NCBI GenBank assembly: GCA_043228905.1
Contig: JBHGNT010000017.1
Span: 8,308,001-8,372,000, forward strand
Reading direction: 5' to 3'
Length of the DNA stretch: 64,000 bases
Source: Azolla caroliniana
Lineage: Eukaryota > Plantae > Polypodiophyta
Position 1 is the stretch's first letter, and each line of letters begins with the position of its first letter. The position numbers and the translations under genes are program-made. Shown piece after piece: positions 1-10,756 of this stretch. The notes under the pieces were generated by a model. The model saw nothing but the letters and a program-made list of their open reading frames with translations, made no database searches and had not been told where the DNA came from.

Positions 1-12
1 GAGCAGAACGGC

Positions 13-2979
13 GTGGCCGAGAGAAAGAATCGGTCAGTTGTGGAAGCGGCACGGACAATGCTGGAGGAGAAGAGCTTGCCTAAGTTCTACTGGGCCGAGG
101 CAGTAAGGACCGTGGTATACATCCAGAACCGGATTGGAGACAAAGTGTCGGCGCACGAGCTATATTTCGGAACGAAGCCGAACTTGCGACACTTGAGGGT
201 GTTCGGTAGCATTGCGTATGTGCATGTACCGAAGGAGAAAAGGAGGAAGCTGGACGCAAAGGCCGAGAAGTGCATCTTGGTCGGTTACTCGGACGAGCAG
301 AAGGGTTATAAGTGCTATAACCCTCGCACCAAACAAGCGCGTGTCAGCCGCGACGTTGTGTTTGACGAGTCTGCGTCTTGGTACCTACCCTCGCCTCGGA
401 ACCCCGACTCCAATACGAGTTCTGACGATGAGGTCAGCGAGGCTGAGATGCCTCCGGATGAGCCCAAAATCGAGACCCGTGAAGAGAGTCCGATTTCACT
501 CCGGTTAAGTGGACCGATTGGACGACTGAGTCGGTACGACCAGTCCGATGAAGAGCCGGCGAGTAGTGGAGATTCGGCCGTGCATTCCCTGCGTAGGAAT
601 CCGAGGAGACGGCTTACGTGCAAAGAGAAAGGGAAGAAGAAGGTGTTGGATTCCGGCACGGAAAGGAACGAGTCAGACCGACGCGAGTCCGACTCTGAGG
701 GAACCGGTGATGGGTCTTTAACGGTGAAGACCGCGTCGACCGAGAAGGCCTCAACATCGGCTAATGTGAGATTACGCCGATCTACCCGCCAGAAGAACCC
801 AGTTGTGCGGTTCAGATTCAACGAGTACATGGCGCATCATTATGCGTACATGACCTGTGTAGCGGAAGTGCGTGGGCCGGAGAGCTACGTAGAAGCGACT
901 AAAGACGCGAATTGGCGTGCCGCGATGGAGGAAGAGATGCACGCATTGGCGGAGAACGAGACCTGGGACCTGGTTGACGCACCGAAGGGTGTGAAGCCGA
1001 TCGGGTGTAGATGGGTGTACAAAGTCAAGTACAACACCGATGGCTCGGTCAACCGGTACAAGGCTCGGCTGGTGGCAAAGGGCTACGCGCAGAAACACGG
1101 CATCGACTACGATGAGACGTTTGCGCCGGTCGCGAAAATGATGACCATCCGTGTTTTGCTGGCAGTAGCTGCGGCGAAGGGGTAGCACTTACATCAGATG
1201 GATGTAAAGAATGCGTTCCTGCAAGGTGACCTTGAGGAACATGTGTACATGGTACAGCCCCCCAGATTTCACTCTGGAACGAACTCCTCGGCAATATGCC
1301 GATTGAAGAAGTCCCTTTACGGACTGAAGCAAGCCCCGCGTGCCTGGAACGCGAAGATCACGCAACAACTGCGTCAGATGGGCTTCATCACGTCAAAATC
1401 AGACTCTTCCCTGTTCATCCGGAAAGGTCGACTCGGACCGGTTAGTATTTTGTTGTATGTCGATGACTTGGTCATCACCGGCACCGACCTAGGTGAAATC
1501 GACCGTGTGAAGCTCCAGCTTGCGGCTTCGTTCGACATGAAGGATCTGGGAGACCTTCATTACTTCCTTGGGATCGAAGTGATCCGTACCCCCGAAGGCA
1601 TATTGATCAGCCAACGTCATTACGTGCTGAGTATGCTCTTCAAACTCGGGATGGCCGATTGTAAGTTCGTCTCGACTCCTCTGGACAGAACCGTCAAGTT
1701 TCGTCCCGATACGGGAAAGGTATGCGACCTGACGAGGTTCCGACAAATTGTCGGAAGCCTCATATACTTGACCATCACCCGACCCGACCTCAGTTATCCG
1801 GTCGGGGTGATCAGTTAGTTCATGGCGCGACCTACCGAGGAGCACCTTCAGTGTGCGCAACGCATACCTCGGTATGTCAACGGCACTAAGTACCGAGGAC
1901 TGCTATATCGGACCGGTGTAGCCGCGTAGTTAGTCGGCTACATCGATGCTAATTGGGCTGGCAACGCCGCCGATCGCCGATCCACGTCTGGATACGCGTT
2001 CTCCCTCGGGAGCGCCGCGATCGCGTGGAGCAGTAAGAAGCAGCCGACAGTTGCACTGTCGAGCACCGAAGCTGAGTACCAAGGAGCGGCTGTCGCGACA
2101 TGCGAAGCCATATGGTTGAAGCGGCTACTTAAGGACCTGCAAGAGGAGGTGTCCGATCCAACGACGATCTACTGTGACAACCTCAGCAGCATCCAACTCG
2201 CAAAGAACCCCGTCTTCCACGCACGGACCAAGCACATTGAGGTGCACTACCATTTCGTCCGTGAGCGTGTCCTTTCCGGTGAAGTCGAACTTCAGTACGT
2301 TCCGACGGATCGGCAGACTGCCGACATCTTCACAAAGCCTCTTGGTCTGGACAAGTTGCCGCAATTCTCCGGTGCGCTCGGGTTGCGTCACCTCGACGTG
2401 CCGAACTTGAGGGGGAGAACAGTCCCGAACGACCAAGCAAGGCAGCAGGAAAGGAGCGGTGACCATGACACCGAGTCGGTTGACTCGTTTGTTGACTCGG
2501 TTGAAGACGGATCGGCTGAAGGAGCCGAGGGCAACTTCGGATCGACTGAAGAAGCCGAGGGCGGACCCGCGGAAAAGTTCGGAAGAGGACAGAAGGGGAG
2601 CAACCGAAGGAGAGAGCCGAAGCCAACCAAACATGAGGAGGATGACGCCATCGAAGGCGAGAAAACTGAAGACGAGTTGGAGACAGCCAACTCGGACGAG
2701 AGTGAAAACCGATTGGATATAGCCGAGTCGGTTCGGATGTTTGATTCAGACACGCTGAATCAACCGAGGCCCAAGCGGAAGAAAAGGCAGCAGAAGAAGC
2801 GTCAACACCGCAACAGCAGAAGAGCTGATAATGGCCGCATGAGCAGACAAGCCGACCGGAAGGGTCGAAGTGCGCAGAGTCGAACAAGTCGAGGAGCGCG
2901 AGCGAGGCGAGAAGCCAAGAGGAACCGGTGCTGTGAAGATCCCGAAGAGCCTCAAGTTGAGCTTGAGGGGGAGTGTTGA
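13..2979 (+). pseudogene. pol: copia pol (INT C-term, RT, RNase H, C-terminal extension), broken by in-frame stops
   Basis: ORFs 13-1185, 1198-1818 and 2116-2979 are in the same frame and separated by stop codons. Confidence 0.9.
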
Positions 2980-3385
2980 GAGACAAGCTCAACATCGGCC
3001 GGATCGGCTGAAGAAGCCAAGGACCGGATCAGTTGGTACCGATCGGTTAGGCCGAGTGCGTAAACCGGGAGATCGTTAGGAAAGATATTCCGTGAGGAAT
3101 ATATTTGGGAGTTAGTGTAGGGGCTCTTGATGAGTATTGAAGTACTGTCAGTACTTCGGTCAGTCCTTCTAGGACTTGTATAAAAGTGCTCACTGAGCAT
3201 GTCTTATGTACAGAGATTGAGTATTATTGTGGAATATAGTTTTTTGTGTTTCTCTCTCTGTCTCTCCCACGTATACCGTGTAAGCCTAAGATCTCCATTG
3301 AACCTGAGTTTCCTTCCTCTGATCTGTCTTCATACTTGCTTCCGCACGCTACTTTCTACAGTCCGGTTTAGAGCCTTCTTCAACA
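2974..3385 (+). repeat. 3' LTR of A1 (~412 bp)
   Basis: Follows the PPT, has TG...CA termini and a TATA-like TATAAAA at ~3179; 5' end homologous to the other A-family LTRs. Confidence 0.88.
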
Positions 3386-4381
3386 TTTGAATCTTGCCTT
3401 GGTCTTGTCCGATGATCAACATATCATCCACATATAGGAGTATCAGGTAATCTCCTCCGTCAAATTTCTTCATAAACATGTAGTGATCGACTTGCGTTTT
3501 GTACTACCCTTGGTCGGTCAGGAAGGAGTCAGACTTCCGGTACCATTGCCGGGACGCTTGCTTCAGTCTGTATAAGCTCTTCTTTAGAAAACACACCAGG
3601 TGCTCCTTCCCTTTCTTCTCAAATCCTTCCGGTTGATGGATGTAGATATCTTCTTTGAGGTCGCCATGTAGGAATGCCGTCTTGACGTCCAGTTGCTCTA
3701 CCTCAAGATCCATGCTTGCCGCTATGCTCAATACCGTCCAGATGGATGTCATCTTTACTACTGGGGCAAAGATCTCATCGAAGTTCACTCCTTTCTTCTA
3801 TTGGAACCTCTTCACCATGATCCGGGCTTTGTATCTCGGTGGGTTTCTGGCATCTCCCGGTTTCAGCTTGTACACCCACTTGTTCCGGAGTGCCCTCTTT
3901 CCTTTCAACTATTCCGTAAGTTCATACGTGTGGTTCTCATGTAGGGAATCCATCTCATCCTGCATGGCACTCAACCACTTGCAGATATGGGAACCTCTCT
4001 TTGCTTCTTCGAAGCTTTCCGACTCCCCCTCATCTGTTAACAACACATGCTCTGCAGCTGGAAATCTCCGGGGGGCTCTTCTCTCTCAGAGAGGATATCT
4101 CCGTCCTTGGTTTCTGACTATTGGTTCGTCCGTTTGTTCCTCATCCTCATCCGATTCGGGATCTTGTCCGGTTCCGGTGTCTTCTACTTCTTACTTCTTC
4201 TTCGATTTCGGGTGGTTCGGTTTCTTGTCCGTATCTGGCCAGTTCGTCGAGTGTCATCCGGTTCTTGGCTAACATTTGGTTTTCAACCAAGTAAGTCCTT
4301 GTGTCCTCAAGCCGGTTTTCATTGGATGATCCAGAGTTCATCACCTTCTTCTCCGACTCCCAGTCGGCAATGGTCTTGTCT

Positions 4382-5227
4382 TGACGGGAACTACTACGCT
4401 CCTTATACGCAACGCTCGGCCACAACCGAGCTTAGAATCATACATAGAAAACGGGAAAAAGATGTTCGACACAGAAAAGAGAAGAGTACACAGGATGTTT
4501 ACGTGGAAAACCCAAACTAAGGGAAAAACCACGGCAACCCACAGGCTGCAAACTATCACTATGTTAGAATGTACAACAGTGAGTTCACGGAGGCAACGAC
4601 CTCGTGCTCACGATCTTCGCCACAGGCGGTGGTTACAACAGAGGCAACAACCTCTTCCTCTCTCTCTTCCTCTCTGTACACAGTTACACACTCTGATCTT
4701 GCGCAGACAACAATAACGACAACAACAACTAAAAGTTTGCCCTAAGTCATATTTATACTAATATGACTTTTTGGCTATTTATAAATATAGCCATGATGGA
4801 CTCTCAGAAACATATTTACGAATATGTCTCTTCATCCGGTGAACACTCCTCACCGGGTCTGCAACATCCGGCTCTCCGTAGCCGGGTACTCCTCATCCGG
4901 TTCTCACCGGGTCTGCACCATCCGGCTCCCTGTAGCCGGGTACTCCTCAACCGGTTCTCACCGGGTCTGCAACATCCGGCTCTCCGTAGCCGGGTACTCC
5001 TCATTCGGTTCTCACCGGGTCTGCACCATCTGGCTCTCCGTAGCCGGTTACTCCTCATCCGGTTCTCACCGGGTGTGCAACATCCGGCTCTCAGTAGCCG
5101 GGTACTCCTCATCCGGTTCTCACCGGGTCTGCACCATCCGGCTCTCCGTAGCCGGTTACTCCTCATCCGGTTTGTTCATCAACACTGTTCTTCTCCCTTC
5201 CCATCCGGAGGGACCTGTCTCCCAACA
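4382..5227 (-). repeat. Solo LTR, family B (846 bp), 5-bp TSD TGTCT
   Basis: TGTCT at 4377-4381 and 5228-5232; termini match the B2/B3 LTRs; the host integrase sequence resumes across it. Confidence 0.92.
4853..5170. repeat. ~6 tandem 54-bp units in the U3 of the solo LTR
   Basis: Unit CCGGGTCTGCAACATCCGGCTCTCCGTAGCCGGGTACTCCTCATCCGGTTCTCA, with 4 CCGG per unit. Confidence 0.92.
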
Positions 5228-7341
5228 TGTCTTCCATGAAGACTATCCCGACCTCGGAACACCTTCTTCTCGACCAGATCCCACACCCGGCAACCGAACT
5301 CATCATCGCCGTATCCAAGGAATATGCATGGCCGGGACTTCGGATCCAGCTTTGCTCTCTTCTCCTTCGCCACATGCATGTAAGTGAGACATTCAAACAC
5401 CTTTAGATCCTAGTAGGATATGTACTTACCGGTCCACACTCTTTGTGGTGTGTCTCCGTTCAAGGGTATTGAGGGTGATCTATTTATCACATAGGTCGTC
5501 ATCGCCAATGCCTCAACCAAAAACGTCTTGGGTAACTTTGCATGTGCCAGCATACTTTGGACTCTCTCCATCACGGTCTGGTTCATCCGTTCGGCCAACC
5601 CGTTCAATTCCGGTGTCTTCGGGGTGAATTCGAGCCGACAGTACTCCTCGAACTACCACTGGAATTCTCCTCTGTCTGCTTGAACCGCCTTCAGCTTCTG
5701 ATTAGTTTCTCTTTCCACTCTCGCGTGGAGTTCCTTGAAGACGGATAACACCTGATCCTTCGTCTTCAACGGTGAGGCCCACAACTTCCGGCTGTGGTCA
5801 TCTATGAATGTCATGAAGTACTGCGATCCGTCATGTGACTTCGTGTCCACTTGACACACATCGATATGCACCAACTCCAGTGGTGCATTCTGTGTCATCG
5901 GTGGTCTTAACCGGAAGGAGGTTCGGTTTTGCTTGCCGACCAAGAAATCGGTGCACTTCTCAAGATGCACGTCTTTCACCTTCGGAATGAGGTTGTTTTC
6001 GGCAAGTCTTCTCATCCCCTTTTGGCTCATATGACACAATCTCTTCTGCCACAACTTACCGGTAGTGTCGGATGCAATGTTCACTTCTTCCCGGCATATC
6101 CGAGCATACATCAGATATAGCGTGTTGATCTTTCGGGCTCGAGCCACAATTAAGCTTCCTTTGCTGAATTTCATGACTCCATTCTGGATGCTACCCCTAT
6201 AGCCTTCATCATCTAGCTGACTGACTAATATCAGGTTCAGTCGAACCTCCAGAACGTGTCGGACATCCTTCATCAACAACTTGCATCCAGTTGATGTTGT
6301 CAACAACACATCTCCTATACTGATGATTCGGTAGGTCCCTTCATTCCCCATCCGGACACAACCATGATCTCCGGCTGTGTAGGATGAGAAGCATCTCCGG
6401 TCCAGTGTCAGGTGGAACGACACTCTGGAATCGACAACCCACGTTGTCTCGTCGCAGACAAGGTTTAACTCATTCTCCTTGGTGCTGACGTTCCTTTCCG
6501 ATCCGGGCTTCTCCGGTCTGAACTGTTTCAGTTGGAACTCTTCTTCGAATTGGCAGTGCCGGTTTCTTTCTCTTTCCAGAAATGCCGACAATTCTTCTGG
6601 AAATGCCCAGGCTTCCCACAGTAGAAGCAAGTAGACCTCCCCCTTGACTTCGACCTCATCCCCGATTTGTCCCGGTTTTGGGAACTCCAATACCGGTCTC
6701 TTCCCCGGTTGTGGTCATCTTCTGTGACGAAGGCCTTTGAATTGCTTCCAGACTCCCGGTCCTTCCGGCGATCTTCTTCATCTAGCAAGCTTGACTTGAC
6801 TCTTGCTAGGGACAACTGCTTTCCTTCCAGCCCGGCGTTGCCCAATGTGACAACTAACGTCTCCCAACTGTCTGGGAGGGAACTGAGTAGGAGTAATGCG
6901 AGTACCTTATTGGTGAGAGGGGCTTCCAACGAGGTTGCTTGATGTATTAGCACCTGGAAGACATTCATGTGCTCCGCCATACTGGAGCGGTCTTGGTACC
7001 AGAGCCTCACTAGCTTCCGGAATAGCGAAACCCGATTAACAACATTCTTGTTCTGGAACATGATGCCGATCTTCTCCCAGAGTTCATGAGTCTTGCTCTC
7101 TTCATTGATGTTGTTGTACAGGCTCATGTAGATGAAGCACTGGATGTATGCCACCGTCTTCATGTGCATCACCTCCCACATTGTGGCGTTGATCTTATCC
7201 GGTCTCTTGTCCCCGAACTAAACCGGCAACCAAAGATCTTTAACCACAAGCATACCCTCATCTTCGACTTCCACATTGAGTAGTTGGAGCTGGTGAGCTT
7301 GAACATGCCACCGAACGATTCTTCCATTTCCTATGTTGTTC

Positions 7342-7353
7342 GCTATGATACCA
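7342..7353 (-). promoter_or_regulatory. PBS (tRNA-iMet type, 1 mismatch) of B1
   Basis: Minus strand TGGTATCATAGC versus canonical TGGTATCAGAGC, 3 nt after the LTR CA. Confidence 0.85.
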
Positions 7354-7783
7354 CATTGAAGAGAACAACACAAAATATTGCTCGGCCACAACCGAGTAAT
7401 GAATCACTTCAATGAGAATGAAACACAAAAATGGGAAATAGAGAGTAAACGCACGTACACACACAAGCTATAGAGAGTACTCAGGATGTTTACGTGGAAA
7501 ACCCTAATAGGGAAATACCATGGGAGTCCACAGACTCCAAACTATCACGGTACAATCAGAGACTCGGAGGCAACGACCTCAAGCTCAGTTTCTTCGCCGA
7601 GCGGCGGTTACAATAGAGTATCGCTCTGTATCTCCTCTCTCTCTCTCTACAACAACATATGACAACTACAACAAAGTGATTGCCCTAAGTCATATTTATA
7701 CTTATATGAACTTAGGGCTATTTACAAATATAGCCTCAATAGGCTTACTCAAAACATATTCACAAATATGTCTTCTCTTCCGG

Positions 7784-8544
7784 TGTCGTGAAGAATTTCG
7801 GCCATAGGCGAAAACCGGGAAACATTGTCTACATCGGCGGGGTGCAGCGTGTGTGACCCATGTACATTTGGTGTGAATATCGAGGGTGCCTTTATGGCGC
7901 CGAAGAGTAGTCAAGTCGGGACAGATGATCCCATGAAAGTCGGGATTTTTCCCACATTGTAACGCATCCCTCTCCTTGTTCTATAAAAGGGAGGGAACGC
8001 CCTTTGTAAAAGGGTTGCCCATTTTGGATTAGAGGGTATACCGGTAGGTTTAGGGGTAGGTTTCTTCTGCGTCTTCTTCTTCCCTTTCGTGTTCGTTTAG
8101 GGTTGGCTGCAGCTTATCTCCTGTGCAAGACCCCGCTCGGCGCGACGAGCCCGAGAGCTCCCCGACGGCGGCTTAACAGCAGGCGACTGTTGTAAACTAT
8201 CCTGGTCCGGCTCGAAGCCGGGAGTGTATTCTTCTTATATATATATACATATACGTTTGCGTCTGTCTGTGTATATTGGCGACTTGTTGGTGTCGGGTGC
8301 TCCCCTCCTTCCCTGCGTTTCCTGTACATAAGGGCGTGAGTCGGGTGTGTGCGTGTGTGCGTGTGTGCGCGCGTGTGTGTGCGTGAGTCGGTGTTAAGTA
8401 CGCTCTCTCTCCCTTCGGTTGCTTCCGGTGTGTTTCTGAGATGTCCCAGAAGCAGTGAAGCACGACTTCCTATGCTCCGTCGCTCCCTAGTCCAAGACCC
8501 CCGTGGTCCCGCCTTTCTCCACGCACGCGCGTAACAACGCGACA
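7784..8544 (+). repeat. 5' LTR of D (761 bp)
   Basis: Direct repeat of 12119-12876; TATA-like CTATAAAAG at ~7981; internal (TA)n, (GT/GC)n and (CT)n tracts. Confidence 0.95.
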
Positions 8545-8548
8545 TATT

Positions 8549-8566
8549 TGGTGAACCCGACGTGAA
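8549..8566 (+). promoter_or_regulatory. PBS complementary to tRNA-Trp
   Basis: TGGTGAACCCGACGTGAA is the reverse complement of ...TTCACGTCGGGTTCA-CCA, the plant cytosolic tRNA-Trp 3' end as I recall it. Confidence 0.85.
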
Positions 8567-8581
8567 AGGCGGCAAGGGAGG

Positions 8582-10315
8582 ATGGAGTCGGAAGATGACG
8601 ACCTTGCGGAGATGGTGACCGAAGTGGTGTTGGAGTCGGCACGAGTGGTGATGAGGCGAGAAGCAGCGCAACAAGCGGTTGGGCGAGTGGTCGAAAGAGT
8701 CGGCCGTTTCAATGGGGACAAAGTTCCATCTTACTTGGAAGCCTACAACGCGGAAATGGAAGAGCGTGGTGTAGACGAGGCGTTGAGGCTGGAGTTCTTC
8801 TGCCGGGTCGTAGCTATCCAGATGCATGCGGAAGTAATGGAGCTCCGTGAGGCTCATGGTTCGTGGGAGGCCTTCGAAGAGGCGATCCTGAAGGCATACG
8901 GAGGATGGCGGAAGAGCCGGGGACGGCACCACTTCGACCAGTGGGTAGCATCGGCAAAGACCCACCGGGGTGCGACAAAGGCGTTCCGGGAATTTGAGCG
9001 ACGACTTGCTCGGCTCCCAGAGCGGGAACAAGGTTTGGTGGGGGCGGATAAAGTCCTTTTGTTCGTCAGGTCGGTCGACCGAGCGGAACGGGAAGCCATC
9101 GGGATTGAGCTCGAAGATGATGATGGAGCGAATGGGCTTACGGAGGACTGGTCGAAGGTCGGAAGGGTGTGCCAAAGGCTAGACAACGAGCGAGCTGATA
9201 AGGCTAAGAGGAAGGTACGCGACGGCGTGCCATCACAGTGGGAAGAGGCTGAACGACAAAGAGAGTCGGCAAGGGTCGGCGTTGGGGCCAGGATTTCGGA
9301 GGCGTACGCAACGCTCAAAGCGATGCTCGAGGAAGAGGGGGGATCGAGGCCAGAAGCTGAGACCGAGGAGACGGACTTGCCCCGCGCGACGGCGGAAGAT
9401 TGGTACAACGGTACCACGGGAGGGGGTGCGGGACGAGCCACCCTCTCGATATGCGGAGAAAGATCGACCGAGGACAAGGTCGGGGATGGTGAGGCGACGA
9501 TGGTGATTCGAGCGGGGATGGTGATTCGAGCGGACATGAGGGAGTTCGGGCACGGAGGCCTGAAGCATCGAGCGGGGAGAAGACGGGCGGTGGTGCCGCA
9601 ACCTTACGCACCGGGCCTAGAGACTCCGGCAACCGGCCCGAGAGCTGGTGTGAGACCTAGAGTGACGGGCGGTGGCGGCGGCAAGGCGGGCGACCACGAC
9701 GGCGACGATGTGGGAGAGGGTGCGGAGCGAGTGACCCTCTCGACTTGTGGAAAGAGGACGGCCAAGGACGAGGCTGAGATACCGATCGAGGAACCGGAAC
9801 GTTGGGACCAGCGGTCTCGAGCGTGTCAGCCCGAGATCCCGGGCATTGGAGAAGCAAGCCCATACGGGGCTTGCGCGATCGTTAAGAAGACAACCGCCGA
9901 ACACGAAGAGTCGGTGGCTACGGACAAGGGCGTAAAACGGGTGGGTGATTCTTTGTGTCTTCCCACGCTTGCCCCAGAGACGATGGCAGTCGGGCCCGAA
10001 TACCCGCGTGAGTCCCAAGCGGAGGAAGGCGGCGGCGGAGGGCCAAGAATCACCGGCGAGACGATACGGGGAAGGATCGGACGAAAGCCCACGGACCCGA
10101 TTCCGGAGAACTCGGCATTCGGGCCCGTATGCCCATGTCAGACCGAGGAGATGGATGGCGGTACCGAGGAGTCTTGGCACAATGCCAGCGAAGTCGGATG
10201 GGAAACGACTTGCAAGGAGGCCGAGGGCGGACGCGGCACAAGGCGATCGGCATTCCGATACGGGTGGAGCATGATCCGGTTGTGGATCGTTCGATCGGGT
10301 CCGGTTTCGGCATGA
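8582..10315 (+). CDS. gag: gag-like ORF (577 aa): N-terminal capsid-like ~200 aa, then repeat-derived sequence
   Basis: ATG just after the PBS; GRFNGDKVPSYLEAY...SWEAFEEAILKAY resembles a retrotransposon gag capsid. Confidence 0.65.
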   Translation: MESEDDDLAEMVTEVVLESARVVMRREAAQQAVGRVVERVGRFNGDKVPSYLEAYNAEMEERGVDEALRLEFFCRVVAIQMHAEVMELREAHGSWEAFEEAILKAYGGWRKSRGRHHFDQWVASAKTHRGATKAFREFERRLARLPEREQGLVGADKVLLFVRSVDRAEREAIGIELEDDDGANGLTEDWSKVGRVCQRLDNERADKAKRKVRDGVPSQWEEAERQRESARVGVGARISEAYATLKAMLEEEGGSRPEAETEETDLPRATAEDWYNGTTGGGAGRATLSICGERSTEDKVGDGEATMVIRAGMVIRADMREFGHGGLKHRAGRRRAVVPQPYAPGLETPATGPRAGVRPRVTGGGGGKAGDHDGDDVGEGAERVTLSTCGKRTAKDEAEIPIEEPERWDQRSRACQPEIPGIGEASPYGACAIVKKTTAEHEESVATDKGVKRVGDSLCLPTLAPETMAVGPEYPRESQAEEGGGGGPRITGETIRGRIGRKPTDPIPENSAFGPVCPCQTEEMDGGTEESWHNASEVGWETTCKEAEGGRGTRRSAFRYGWSMIRLWIVRSGPVSA

Positions 10316-10433
10316 AAGAGCCGATACGGAAGGGGGTGCGGGACGAGCCGCTCTCTTTTACATGGGGAGAAAGACCGACCGGGCGAAGGTCGAGAGGACA
10401 AAGGAAGAGCAATAGGGAAGGCGACGAACGCCA

Positions 10434-10756
10434 ACGGAGGATCCTTCACACCGGTTCTAGAGACTTCAACGCGGTCGATGTAAGACCAAGATACTGACGG
10501 TGGCGGCGAGGTGACGAAGGAAAGGGCTACGGAAGGGCAATCTACGGAGGATCCTTCACACCGGTTCTAGAGACTTCGGCAGTCGGCAACGCGGTCGACG
10601 TAAGACCAAGATACTGACGGTGGCGGCGAGGTGACGAAGGAAAGGGCTACGGAAGGGCAATCTACGGAGGATCCTTCACACCGGTTCTAGAGACTTCGGC
10701 AGTCGGCAACGCGGTCGACGTAAGACCAAGATACTGACGGTGGTGGCGAGGTGACA
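10434..10756. repeat. ~2.7 tandem copies of a 110-120-bp unit inside D
   Basis: ACGGAGGATCCTTCACACCGGTTCTAGAGACTTC recurs at ~10434, 10544 and 10664. Confidence 0.9.

Larger units (their letters stand above)
1..3385 (+). mobile_element. Ty1/copia element A1 (Ale/Bryco/Lyco-like), 3' part; inserted into the RT region of B1
   Basis: INT C-terminus, RT (MDVKNAFLQGDL, LYVDD), RNase H ([15 protein letters not shown]), PPT TTGAGGGGGAG at ~2963-2973, LTR TGTTG(2974)...CAACA(3385). Confidence 0.93.
3386..7327 (-). pseudogene. gag-pol: Tork-like gag-pol, frameshifted and interrupted by a solo LTR
   Basis: ORF pieces 6528-7181, 5653-6690, 5410-5607, 5179-5400, 4147-4425 and 3504-3788 are collinear with B2/B3. 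Confidence 0.87.

Noticed and set aside
4853-5170. CRISPR-like array, or repeat-protein ORFs (4763-5239, 4824-5387)
   Set aside because: Head-to-tail 54-bp units with no unique spacers, inside an LTR; the ORFs arise from a stop-free unit divisible by 3.
8114-9175. 353-aa antisense ORF
   Set aside because: Shadow of the gag ORF and LTR microsatellites; no domain motifs.
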